IMG/VR virus record: IMGVR_UViG_3300028025_004323
Location: 1-59,583 of that record
DNA from: a virus
Lineage: Duplodnaviria > Caudoviricetes
Length of the DNA stretch: 59,583 nucleotides
Strand: one strand, 5' to 3'
Shown: positions 49,697 through 59,072 of the stretch, piece by piece
Layout: each line of letters begins with the position of its first letter
How positions within the stretch are numbered: the first letter of the stretch is position 1
Notes under the pieces: generated by a model
Seen by the model: the letters and a program-made list of their open reading frames with translations, nothing else
Told to the model about the DNA's origin: nothing
Database searches by the model: none
Position numbers and translations under genes: made by a program

Positions 49697-52003
49697 ATGA
49701 AAGTCCATAATCTCGTAGTAACAGGTTCTCTCCAAAGTGGTGGAGAAAACATCACATCCATATCGTCATCCGTAGCATCTACGGTTACAAACGTATCATC
49801 TTCCGTATCGGCAAGTATTGGTCAATTATCATCATCAATGGCGTCATCTATGACAAGTTTATCTTCGTCATTGACCGCAAGTATGGGTAGTTTGTCATCT
49901 TCGATGGTAACCACAATGAATAGTTTATCATCATATATGGCAACCACTGGTTCAAATATATTTGTTGGTAATCAAACAATATCGGGTTCAATTGTACCGG
50001 CCGTTAATGGTGCTTATGATTTAGGTTCATCAACACACGAATTTAGACACTTATACTTATCATCTGCGTCGTTATATATCGATGGAACAAAGGTATTAGG
50101 AAGCACAACACAAGAACTTCAAATCACAACCGATAGTGGGCAATCATTTAAGATATTAGAAGCAGGTTCGGATACAATTACATTACAATCTGCGGATGGA
50201 AATATTACACTTGCAACATCAGGTGGTGGTGACGTAATATTGGACCCAACAAGTGGTATTATTGCACTTAAGGGAACAACAACATTATATGCTGGTAATC
50301 GATTATTATCATCTGATGGAAACGCAATTCAAATTGGTAATAGTGCAACGATAACAGGTTCATTAATTGTAACTGGATTTATTGAGACACAAGAATTAAG
50401 AACAACATATATTAGTAGTTCAATTTTATATAGAAGTGGTAGCACTAAGTTTGGTGACGAGTTAGGTGACACACATTCATTTACAGGGAGTTTAACCGTT
50501 AGTGGAAGTGTTAGTGTACCTGGTTCGGGATTGGTCTCAGGATCATCTCAAATTACATATAGCGGATTAAGCGGTGTACCAAGTGGTATTATAAGTGGTA
50601 GTGCACAATTACCATCGGGATTGGTATCGGGATCATCACAAATATCTTTTGGTTCTGTAAGTGGTGTTCCATCAGGATTGGTTTCAGGTAGTTCACAAAT
50701 CACATTATCATCTACAAGTGGATATAGTTCTGTTTTAAACCAAGCGGTTTTAACAACTTCATCACCAACATTTTCAGGACTTACAAACAATTCCACATAC
50801 TCACAATCAACAACGTCAACACAACCTGTGGCGATTTATGGTGATAGTGGAGATACAAATGGATTATTTAGAATTCAAATGGATAGTATTAGTGATTCAT
50901 TTGGAACGGGAGCAAGAACATTTTTAGGTGATGGTGGTATTGATATATTCTTAGGCACTAGCAATAGTTCATACACACCAGGAAACACGTACATCGCATT
51001 AAATCATGGTGGTGAAATTTCTATGGGTGCGGGTTCTGCAACTAAACATTTTACATTATCAACTGGAGGTACTGCAACATTTTCTGGAAGCATGGGTGTT
51101 GGATATAGCTCACCGGCTTATCAATTACAGGTTTTAAATACAATCGGTTTAAGAGCAAATAGTCAAAATTTTCAAGCAATAAAAGGTACGGGTTGGGGTT
51201 ATAGTCCCGGTTCTTACAGAGTTGTTATGTTAGGAGACAGTGATATTGCTAATTTTACAACCGTATCAATTGGTTATGATCCATCTGGAAATTCGAATGG
51301 AGCATTTAATGGTAATGGTACTGAAGTTTTATTTAGAAATGGTGCATCTTTTGCAACACCAACATCAGGAAATACCTCATTTCATTTAAATACATTTGTA
51401 ATGAAAGATGGTAAAATTGGTATTAGCACTGATAGCCCATCAAAATTATTAACAGTTAACTTTGGAACTGGCATTAGTGATGGTTTATTAGTAACTGGTT
51501 CACAAAGACAAGAGACAAGATTTAAATCAAGCGGAGAACACTCAAACGTATTTATCGATTCCGCACATTCAAACATTTATTTACCAACATTAGGTTTATA
51601 TAGAAATGGTACATCACTCGGTGAGGTTAAATTACAAAGAGCAAGTAATAGTGATGCGTTAGGTAATTTTACAGAATCTGAAATGATTGTTGGTACAACA
51701 ACAAACACACCACTTTCATTGAAAGTTAATGAAGAAAGACTTGTTATTCTTAGTAGTTCATCTATTAGAATTAAATCAACAGTTCTACCAACAGCTGATG
51801 CAACATACAATTTAGGTTCAACATCATTAAGATGGAATAATCTTTATACAACTGACTTACATTTATCAAACGAAGGAAAACAAAACGTTGTTGATGGAAC
51901 TTGGGGCGATTGGACATTACAAGAAGGAGAAAATGATATCTATATGTTGAATAATAGAAGCGGTGAGAAATTTAAAATAAAATTAGAAAAAATAATAGAA
52001 TAA
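49697..52003 (+). CDS. Tail fibre protein with a conserved C-terminal 'DLHLSNE...GDWTLQEGE' domain
   Basis: Shared shaft modules, VSGSSQ repeats and a C-terminal domain also found in 53142..56945; TATTTATT at 49684. Confidence 0.75.
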   Translation: MKVHNLVVTGSLQSGGENITSISSSVASTVTNVSSSVSASIGQLSSSMASSMTSLSSSLTASMGSLSSSMVTTMNSLSSYMATTGSNIFVGNQTISGSIVPAVNGAYDLGSSTHEFRHLYLSSASLYIDGTKVLGSTTQELQITTDSGQSFKILEAGSDTITLQSADGNITLATSGGGDVILDPTSGIIALKGTTTLYAGNRLLSSDGNAIQIGNSATITGSLIVTGFIETQELRTTYISSSILYRSGSTKFGDELGDTHSFTGSLTVSGSVSVPGSGLVSGSSQITYSGLSGVPSGIISGSAQLPSGLVSGSSQISFGSVSGVPSGLVSGSSQITLSSTSGYSSVLNQAVLTTSSPTFSGLTNNSTYSQSTTSTQPVAIYGDSGDTNGLFRIQMDSISDSFGTGARTFLGDGGIDIFLGTSNSSYTPGNTYIALNHGGEISMGAGSATKHFTLSTGGTATFSGSMGVGYSSPAYQLQVLNTIGLRANSQNFQAIKGTGWGYSPGSYRVVMLGDSDIANFTTVSIGYDPSGNSNGAFNGNGTEVLFRNGASFATPTSGNTSFHLNTFVMKDGKIGISTDSPSKLLTVNFGTGISDGLLVTGSQRQETRFKSSGEHSNVFIDSAHSNIYLPTLGLYRNGTSLGEVKLQRASNSDALGNFTESEMIVGTTTNTPLSLKVNEERLVILSSSSIRIKSTVLPTADATYNLGSTSLRWNNLYTTDLHLSNEGKQNVVDGTWGDWTLQEGENDIYMLNNRSGEKFKIKLEKIIE

Positions 52004-52004
52004 A

Positions 52005-52706
52005 ATGGGAGTATTATCAAGTTCAGGTTTACCTATCGGTTTTATGCAAATTCAAATACCAATTGTACAACATGCTTCTACAACAGTTGGTACTGTAAGT
52101 TTAAATCCAAGATATAATAATTCAACAGCAGATACTAAATTATTTGATTCGGCTGGAGATTATGCACCATCCGCCGCTGCGGGAGGTAATGCTTATGTTG
52201 ATTTAGCATTACCAATGTTTCCACATCATGGTACTTGGTATAATAACACACACGATAGTAATTCTGGTAGAAGAAATGGTAATGCGGGAACTGCAATAGG
52301 GGATATAAGTAGAGTTTCTTTATGGGCACAATTAGGTGTTGGTGATAGTCCACATCCTGGTTTTAATTATTCATATGCGCACATTGCTATGTTACATAAT
52401 TCCGCAGGTGCTTATCACTCATATCAAACAACAAATTCACCCTCACCAAATTATAGTGAACCAAGAACATTAGATGGCAGTAATAGTTTAAATTCTTTTG
52501 CAAACTTTAGAGTTAGTGGTCAATTTTATGCTGGTGGTGCTTATGGTGGTTGGTATTGTTTGGCTAATCATGTTGGTGGATTATTTGCGAATTCCGACAC
52601 TATTAGAATAATAAACTTGGGTGGAAATACAGATGAGCGTAGTAGATTAAGAATTATTGATTTAGTTTATATAATACATGGTAGATTGGGTTCTACTGGT
52701 GGTTAA
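52005..52706 (+). CDS. Putative fibre tip/receptor-binding protein
   Basis: 233 aa, Gly/Asn/aromatic-rich, starts 2 nt after the fibre stop. Confidence 0.5.
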   Translation: MGVLSSSGLPIGFMQIQIPIVQHASTTVGTVSLNPRYNNSTADTKLFDSAGDYAPSAAAGGNAYVDLALPMFPHHGTWYNNTHDSNSGRRNGNAGTAIGDISRVSLWAQLGVGDSPHPGFNYSYAHIAMLHNSAGAYHSYQTTNSPSPNYSEPRTLDGSNSLNSFANFRVSGQFYAGGAYGGWYCLANHVGGLFANSDTIRIINLGGNTDERSRLRIIDLVYIIHGRLGSTGG

Positions 52707-52724
52707 TTTTAAAAATATATTAAT

Positions 52725-53087
52725 ATGAAAATTATAGAATTTGGAAATTGTGTTTGGAATGGTCCAAAAGAGAATAAAGGAATACATTGTAAAAATGATT
52801 TTGATAAATTAAAAGAAGTTTATGATTTTACACAAAATCCACCTGTTTTAGTTTATACAAAAACAGATGAAGAACTATACATTGAATGGGAACAATCTGA
52901 AATAAATGAATTTGCTCAAAAACATATTTTCAAATATTATCCATCTTGGAAACAATCTAATATTCTTAGAGAAAATGACACAGAAAAGGTTACAAAAATG
53001 GGTGTTTTTATCGATGCTGTAAGAGATTGGTCAAATCAAGAGAATCCAAACCCTTGGGATGATTCGTTAGAACTCATTATACCTTAA
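52725..53087 (+). CDS. Small fibre-associated protein
   Basis: 120 aa; 'I.KYYPSWKQSN...FIDAVRDWSN' resembles fibre-assembly helpers. Confidence 0.55.
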   Translation: MKIIEFGNCVWNGPKENKGIHCKNDFDKLKEVYDFTQNPPVLVYTKTDEELYIEWEQSEINEFAQKHIFKYYPSWKQSNILRENDTEKVTKMGVFIDAVRDWSNQENPNPWDDSLELIIP

Positions 53088-53141
53088 ATAATATCGACCC
53101 ATAACCGAATCCCTAAGTATTTATAGTTAAACTATAAATTA

Positions 53142-56100
53142 ATGGAATTTTACGGTTCAATTGACTCGGTTTCAGGCTCGATAACAGCTTCCGTCTTTAC
53201 AGGTTCATTCAAGGGAGACGGTGGTAATTTATATAACATCCAAGCATCGGGTGTTACAGGTCTAAACCTATCACAAATAGCAAGCGGAAACGCCACAGCA
53301 TCAATTTCATCAACGGGTTTTACCGTTAATAAAAATACCCAAATTCAAGGTGATTTATCCGTTACAGGGTCAATTATTGCAACCAACTATATTGTAAGTT
53401 CATCTGTAACTTACATGACCACAAGTTTTGCTAGTGGTTCATCCATGTTTGGTAACGATAATAACGACGTACACCAATTTACGGGTTCAGTTCAAATTAC
53501 AGGTTCAATATCATTAAACGGACAAGCAATTGGTACAGGTAAATTAGATGAAACAACATTCCAATCATATACATCTAGTAATGATAGTAGAGTTTCTGCA
53601 CTTGAAACATCAACAGGAAGTTTAAATAGTTTTACATCATCTATTAATACAACAATTAAAAGTAAATTAGATACTGAAAATATTATTTCAGGTAGTGTTC
53701 AAGTTAACATCACAGGAACAACAGGATATTCAACTTTTAGTTCGTCAATTAGCTCATCAATTAGTTCTTCAGTTGTAAGTTTATCGTCATCAATTGCCTC
53801 CACAACAAATAATTTATCAACAGATATTACGAACTTAAGTTCTTCTGTTGCCACAACGGACTTAAATCAATCAAATAGATTAAATTCAATTGAGGGTGTC
53901 ACTGGTAGTTATGCAACTACAGGTTCTAATACGTTTAAAGGAACTCAAAATATTTCAGGGTCAATCATACCGACAGTAGATAATGCGTATGATTTAGGTA
54001 GTCCCACGTACCAATGGAGAGATGTTTACATTTCTTCAGGTTCATTATATATTGATGGAACTAAAGTTTTAAGTAGTACTACACAAGAATTAACAATCAC
54101 AACAGATACCGGACAATCAATTAAGATATTAGAAGGTACAACAGACTCAATTATTTTACAGGTTGCGGATGGTGACATTGAATTGAAGTCTAGTGGTGAT
54201 GGTGACATCTTATTGGACCCAACGAATGGTAAAATCATGTTGAAGGGTACTGTTGAAATATTAAATGGACAGAAAATACAATCGTCAGTTGGTGGAACAC
54301 CAATTGTATTTGCAAATGATATTGTTGTATCAGGTTCTATCGACATTACAGGTACAATTGAAGGAATTAACCTAACAGATTTAAGTTCATCTGTTAATAC
54401 GAGATTAGGTAATTTAGAAACTAGTGGTGGAAGTTTAAATTCATTTACAGCATCTGCAAATAATAGACTTAATTCATTAGAAAGTGCTTCTGGAAGTTTA
54501 AATTCATACACATCAAGCAACAACACAAGATTATCTACTATTGAGACAACCACTGGTTCTTTAAACAGTTATACATCAAGTAACAACACAAAATTGTCTT
54601 CTATTGAAACAACAACTAGTAGTATATTAAGTGTTAATACAACTCAAAATGGTAGATTAGATTCTTTAGAAACGACTAGTGGAAGTATATTAAGTGTTAA
54701 TACAACTCAAAATGGTAGATTAAGTTCTATTGAAGGAAAATCTGGAAGTTATGCAACAACCGGTAGTAATATATTTCAAGGAGACCAAACGATTACAGGT
54801 TCATTGTACGTTTCACAAAATTTAATAATAGCAGGTTCATCTTCTATTCAAAATATTAGTTCATCAGTTGTTAATATTGCTGATAATATTATAACGGTTA
54901 ACGCTCTTAACCCATCGGTTAGATTCGGAGGACTTGCAGTTATTGATAGTGGGTCATCACCACAAGTTTCTGGTTCTATGTTATTTGACTCAGTTAACAA
55001 CCAATGGTTATTCGTTCATCAAAACCAAGGAACAGTTACCTCATCAGTTTTATTAATGGGTCCCGAGACTTATAATGATTTGGGTAACGAATCTTATATA
55101 ACAGCAAACAGGTTAGTAAAAAGTACAGGTATTGAACATTTAGCTAATAGTAATATTAGTGATAATGGTACAACAGTTACTATACTTTCAAATACAGTTG
55201 TTAATGGAACATTTAGCGCAACAGGAACAACATTAGTATCTGGTTCATCCCAAATCACTCACGATTCAACAACAGGATATGTTGCAAATAGACATATCGA
55301 CCATAGTGCAGTATCAATTTCTGCGGGTAATGGTTTATCAGGAGGTGGAGATATAACCACAACTCGGACACTTACTTTAGATACATCATCGGCAACATTT
55401 ACCACAGGTGTTAAATCTAAATTAAATGCCGATGGAGTTGTGTCTGGGTCATCACAGGTATCATTCAATGGAATTACAGACAAACCAACATTGGTCTCTG
55501 GTTCCTCACAAATAACATTTAGTGGAATAAGTGGTTTACCAACATTAGTTTCAGGTTCATCACAAATTTCATATGTAGGTTTAAGTAACATCCCTGGTGG
55601 TATTGTTTCAGGTTCGGCACAAGTTGATTTAACCGCAACAACAAATTATTCTACAGGAATAAAAACAAGATTAAATGCTGAGGGTGTTGTATCTGGTTCT
55701 GCACAAATTACATTAACAAGTACTCAAGTTACCAATGGATTAGGTTACACACCTTATAACGCAACAAACCCAAGTGGTTATATTACTGGTATTAACTCAA
55801 GTGCGGTAACAACTGCATTAGGTTATACACCATATAATTCAACAAACCCAAGTGGTTATATCACAGGTATATCATTTGCAAACGTTTCATCAAAACCAAC
55901 AACAATTAGTGGTTACGGAATTACAGACGCAATCACAACAAGTAATATTAGTTCACAAACAGTTTCTAATTCAAGTCAATTGCAAGGTTTAAGTAAGGCA
56001 CAACTTTGGAATAATAGTGGTCAAAACCATAGTACGTATCAAACCTTTGCTGCAATACCAAATTTCGGTGTGTGGTTTATGCAAGCTTCTGCGGCGGCAG

Positions 56101-56945
56101 ATACACCACAATCAGCTTCTCAATACTATGTACAAACACAAGGTTTAGGTAATGATTATGCGTATGGTACTTATGGATTAATGACTGCAGTGGCGAGAGA
56201 CCATGCTGTTAAATATACCTATTATAGAACACAAGAAAATGGTACTTGGGGAGCTTGGACAAAGGCAGCCGCTGGATATGCCGATACCGCTGGTTCATTA
56301 TCGTCAATGAATATATCTCAGTTTACAAATAATAGTGGATATATTACAGGTGTAACAAATATTAGTGGTACCGCCGCGAGTGAAACATTAGCAACAGTTA
56401 CAGGTAGAGGAAATTCTACAGCACAAAATATTGTTTTTAGCAATGGAAGAAAGGGTCTTGTGGGTGTTTATGACGCGGCTCAAACCCAAGCAATATTTGC
56501 TATGGGTGCGTCATACGTTTTAACAGATGGTGGTGGGTCAGGTACTATAGGTAATCATTATGGACTTGCTTGGTCATATAATCCAGACTACGGTGGTGCG
56601 GGAAATAACCCACAATCAAAAGCGGGTTTAAACCATCAGTTATTACATATGCAAGCGGGCATCACCACCACAGCAATTGGTTCTGGAATATGGACTAGCG
56701 GTGGAATAACTTGTGGAACTGTTTTACCTCTAAGTAATAATTCGTATAATTTAGGATCAACAGGAACACGTTGGGCTAACATCTATACCAATGACTTACA
56801 CTTAAGTAATGAAGGTAAAGAAGGTGGTAATGAAATAGATGGGACAACAGGTGATTGGACTATACAGGAAGGCGAAGAAAATCTGTATATTATAAATCAT
56901 AAGAATGGTAAGAAGTTCAAAATAGATTTAACAGAAATAGTATAG
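53142..56945 (+). CDS. Long tail fibre protein with 21-aa coiled-coil repeats and a C-terminal 'DLHLSNE...GDWTIQEGE' domain
   Basis: RLxxLETxxGS repeats, VSGSSQ repeats, LGYTPYNxTNPSGYITG twice and 'KPTTISGYGITDA'; TATTTATA at 53118. Confidence 0.8.
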   Translation: MEFYGSIDSVSGSITASVFTGSFKGDGGNLYNIQASGVTGLNLSQIASGNATASISSTGFTVNKNTQIQGDLSVTGSIIATNYIVSSSVTYMTTSFASGSSMFGNDNNDVHQFTGSVQITGSISLNGQAIGTGKLDETTFQSYTSSNDSRVSALETSTGSLNSFTSSINTTIKSKLDTENIISGSVQVNITGTTGYSTFSSSISSSISSSVVSLSSSIASTTNNLSTDITNLSSSVATTDLNQSNRLNSIEGVTGSYATTGSNTFKGTQNISGSIIPTVDNAYDLGSPTYQWRDVYISSGSLYIDGTKVLSSTTQELTITTDTGQSIKILEGTTDSIILQVADGDIELKSSGDGDILLDPTNGKIMLKGTVEILNGQKIQSSVGGTPIVFANDIVVSGSIDITGTIEGINLTDLSSSVNTRLGNLETSGGSLNSFTASANNRLNSLESASGSLNSYTSSNNTRLSTIETTTGSLNSYTSSNNTKLSSIETTTSSILSVNTTQNGRLDSLETTSGSILSVNTTQNGRLSSIEGKSGSYATTGSNIFQGDQTITGSLYVSQNLIIAGSSSIQNISSSVVNIADNIITVNALNPSVRFGGLAVIDSGSSPQVSGSMLFDSVNNQWLFVHQNQGTVTSSVLLMGPETYNDLGNESYITANRLVKSTGIEHLANSNISDNGTTVTILSNTVVNGTFSATGTTLVSGSSQITHDSTTGYVANRHIDHSAVSISAGNGLSGGGDITTTRTLTLDTSSATFTTGVKSKLNADGVVSGSSQVSFNGITDKPTLVSGSSQITFSGISGLPTLVSGSSQISYVGLSNIPGGIVSGSAQVDLTATTNYSTGIKTRLNAEGVVSGSAQITLTSTQVTNGLGYTPYNATNPSGYITGINSSAVTTALGYTPYNSTNPSGYITGISFANVSSKPTTISGYGITDAITTSNISSQTVSNSSQLQGLSKAQLWNNSGQNHSTYQTFAAIPNFGVWFMQASAAADTPQSASQYYVQTQGLGNDYAYGTYGLMTAVARDHAVKYTYYRTQENGTWGAWTKAAAGYADTAGSLSSMNISQFTNNSGYITGVTNISGTAASETLATVTGRGNSTAQNIVFSNGRKGLVGVYDAAQTQAIFAMGASYVLTDGGGSGTIGNHYGLAWSYNPDYGGAGNNPQSKAGLNHQLLHMQAGITTTAIGSGIWTSGGITCGTVLPLSNNSYNLGSTGTRWANIYTNDLHLSNEGKEGGNEIDGTTGDWTIQEGEENLYIINHKNGKKFKIDLTEIV
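54621..54722 (+). repeat. 63-bp-period coding tandem repeat with an identical 39-bp core
   Basis: AGTATATTAAGTGTTAATACAACTCAAAATGGTAGATTA occurs at 54621 and 54684. Confidence 0.85.
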
Positions 56946-56946
56946 T

Positions 56947-57540
56947 ATGCCATTAAATGTAGAAGGTACAATATTTGGGGATAAAACGATAACACCAGCA
57001 TCTGGTACATTGTCATTACCAAGCACATCATTAGCAATTAGTGGTTGGCATAGAAGAGGTATTAATAATCCCATATTTAGGGCAAACGGTTCATTAAATG
57101 CTTGGCGGTACCCAACCGATTCCGGTTGGAATGGTGCTGCAACATGGAATGTGTTAGACTCAAGAATTGCATGGGTAACCACAGATAGAACAGGTAATTT
57201 TAGTACTAGTACAGGTAGATTTACCGCACCATCTGCGGGTTATTATCATTTTATGATGAATCTTTATATGTTAAACGATATATCAGCACCATACAACACC
57301 GGTGCTGGTTATATTCACCCACAATTTGCAAAAAACGGTGGATTAGGTTGGAATAATGGTAACACACCATATACAATTTACACATATGGTGCCGCTGCGA
57401 ATTATCCCGATGGTATTAGTGTATCAGGGGTTATGTCTTTAGCTGCGGGTGATTATGTTGATATTAGAGTTTATATTAATGCAAGTACAACTAGACTTTA
57501 TGGAGCACATACAGGATTTTGGGGGTGGAAAATTGGTTAA
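56947..57540 (+). CDS. C1q-like domain protein 1
   Basis: 'PIFRA...GNFSTSTGRFTAPSAGYYHF...LAAGDYVDIRVY...F.GWKIG', the C1q/TNF jelly-roll pattern. Confidence 0.78.
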   Translation: MPLNVEGTIFGDKTITPASGTLSLPSTSLAISGWHRRGINNPIFRANGSLNAWRYPTDSGWNGAATWNVLDSRIAWVTTDRTGNFSTSTGRFTAPSAGYYHFMMNLYMLNDISAPYNTGAGYIHPQFAKNGGLGWNNGNTPYTIYTYGAAANYPDGISVSGVMSLAAGDYVDIRVYINASTTRLYGAHTGFWGWKIG

Positions 57541-57571
57541 AAATTAATTATATTTATAAAAAACAAAAAAT

Positions 57572-57862
57572 ATGGCACAGTACACAGTAACATTAACAGA
57601 CGCACAAGAAAAAGCATTAAGATGGGTTGCAGTTGATCCACAAGATTGGGTTGAAAATTTTGTATTTGCAAGATGTGAATCTGCAATTGATGAAATAGTA
57701 AATGATGAGATAAAAAGAAAATTAGCCGCTGGCGAAACAATATCAGGATCAAAAGAAGAAATTGTTATGGCCTCAAACATTGTTTCAGCTGAAGAAAGAA
57801 GCCAAGCTCAACCTGATGTGTTTGGTGACATGATAAACCCAACACCTGATCCATTTATATAA
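57572..57862 (+). CDS. Small hypothetical protein associated with the C1q genes
   Basis: 96 aa 'DPQDWVEN...RCESAIDEIV'; TATTTATA at 57551. Confidence 0.6.
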   Translation: MAQYTVTLTDAQEKALRWVAVDPQDWVENFVFARCESAIDEIVNDEIKRKLAAGETISGSKEEIVMASNIVSAEERSQAQPDVFGDMINPTPDPFI

Positions 57863-58449
57863 TGCCAATTTATTTAGGAGGAGCAACATATAGTAACAAT
57901 ACAATAGCCGGTGCAAGTAGTGCATTAGCGTTGACTGGAAATCTAGTTCAACCATCACCCTCGGCTTATTCAACAACTATTGGTGTTCAACCAGCATTTA
58001 ACGCAAACGGTAGTGGTGCGTGGATTTACCCATCTTCATTTGGTGGAGGTGGTGCTTGGAGAGAATTAGGAAGTCCAGTAGGTTGGGGAGTAACACAACA
58101 AGGTGCAGGGTCTTATGGATTCAGTACGTCTACCGGTAGATACACAGCACCTGTTGCGGGAAAGTATTATTTTCACTCATCAGCGTACTATAATATTGAT
58201 AGTAATAGTACATCAGGATACATTCATTACCAATTAGCGGTAAATGGTAACGTAACTTGGAACAATAGTAGAACCCCATATAATATTTATGGTCACGGGG
58301 AATTAGCACAACACTCAGATGGTATAAACGTATCAGCAATAATGAGTTTAGGTGTGGGTGACTATGTTAGTATTATCCCGTATTGGGGTGGAACTATTGG
58401 TAGGATTTATGGTAGTTATACATTATTCTGTGGATATTTAATAGGTTAA
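57862..58449 (+). CDS. C1q-like domain protein 2
   Basis: 'PAFNA...FSTSTGRYTAPVAGKYYF...LGVGDYVSI...FCGYLIG'. Confidence 0.78.
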   Translation: MPIYLGGATYSNNTIAGASSALALTGNLVQPSPSAYSTTIGVQPAFNANGSGAWIYPSSFGGGGAWRELGSPVGWGVTQQGAGSYGFSTSTGRYTAPVAGKYYFHSSAYYNIDSNSTSGYIHYQLAVNGNVTWNNSRTPYNIYGHGELAQHSDGINVSAIMSLGVGDYVSIIPYWGGTIGRIYGSYTLFCGYLIG

Positions 58450-58452
58450 ATT

Positions 58453-59037
58453 ATGGCAATATACGTAGGAGATACAACATATACTGAATCAACAATAAAT
58501 CAAAACTCTGGAGTCTTTGACACAGCGGTATCCTTGAATGGTAATTTAAGTGTTGGTACAAACTTACGGGCATCAGGACAACCATCTTTTAATGCAGCGG
58601 GAACCGTAGCCACTTGGATGTATTCTACTAATTTTGGCGGAACGGCATGGAGAGAAGTTGGTAGTCAAATGGGATATACATCAACACAAGTTGGTTCTGG
58701 ATTTAGTAATTCAACGGGTAGATTTACCGCACCATTAGCGGGTCATTATTATTTTTATGCACAAGCATATTATTATAACGATAATAATTCAACCTCTGGT
58801 TACATTCATTTTGGGTTTGGTAAAAACGGTGTGGATTCTTGGAACGAAGGATATACCCCATTAAACATATATGGTCATGGTGCCGTTGCAAACCATGTGG
58901 ATGGTATTCACACACATGCTATCATTTATTTAGGTATTGGTGATTATGTTAGTGTTAGACCGTATTTCGGTGGAACTGTTGGTAGATTCTACTCAGATTA
59001 CTTTTTATTTACTGGAATGTTTTTAGGTGCCATGTAA
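58453..59037 (+). CDS. C1q-like domain protein 3
   Basis: 'PSFNA...FSNSTGRFTAPLAGHYYF...LGIGDYVSV...FTGMFLG'. Confidence 0.78.
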   Translation: MAIYVGDTTYTESTINQNSGVFDTAVSLNGNLSVGTNLRASGQPSFNAAGTVATWMYSTNFGGTAWREVGSQMGYTSTQVGSGFSNSTGRFTAPLAGHYYFYAQAYYYNDNNSTSGYIHFGFGKNGVDSWNEGYTPLNIYGHGAVANHVDGIHTHAIIYLGIGDYVSVRPYFGGTVGRFYSDYFLFTGMFLGAM

Positions 59038-59072
59038 TTTACATTTTAATAAAAATTACGTATATTTCACCT

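Noticed and set aside
21-58915. Numerous short antisense or alternate-frame ORFs nested in long genes (e.g. 36167-36784, 54026-54553, 22337-22798, 23940-24389)
   Set aside because: They are shadows of codon-biased plus-strand genes, with no motifs or upstream signals.
31336-59037. Diversity-generating retroelement or invertase shufflon acting on fibre tips
   Set aside because: No reverse transcriptase, recombinase or non-coding template repeat is in the window. The repeats are in-frame coding paralogy differing largely at synonymous positions, not adenine-specific, and all cassettes share one orientation.
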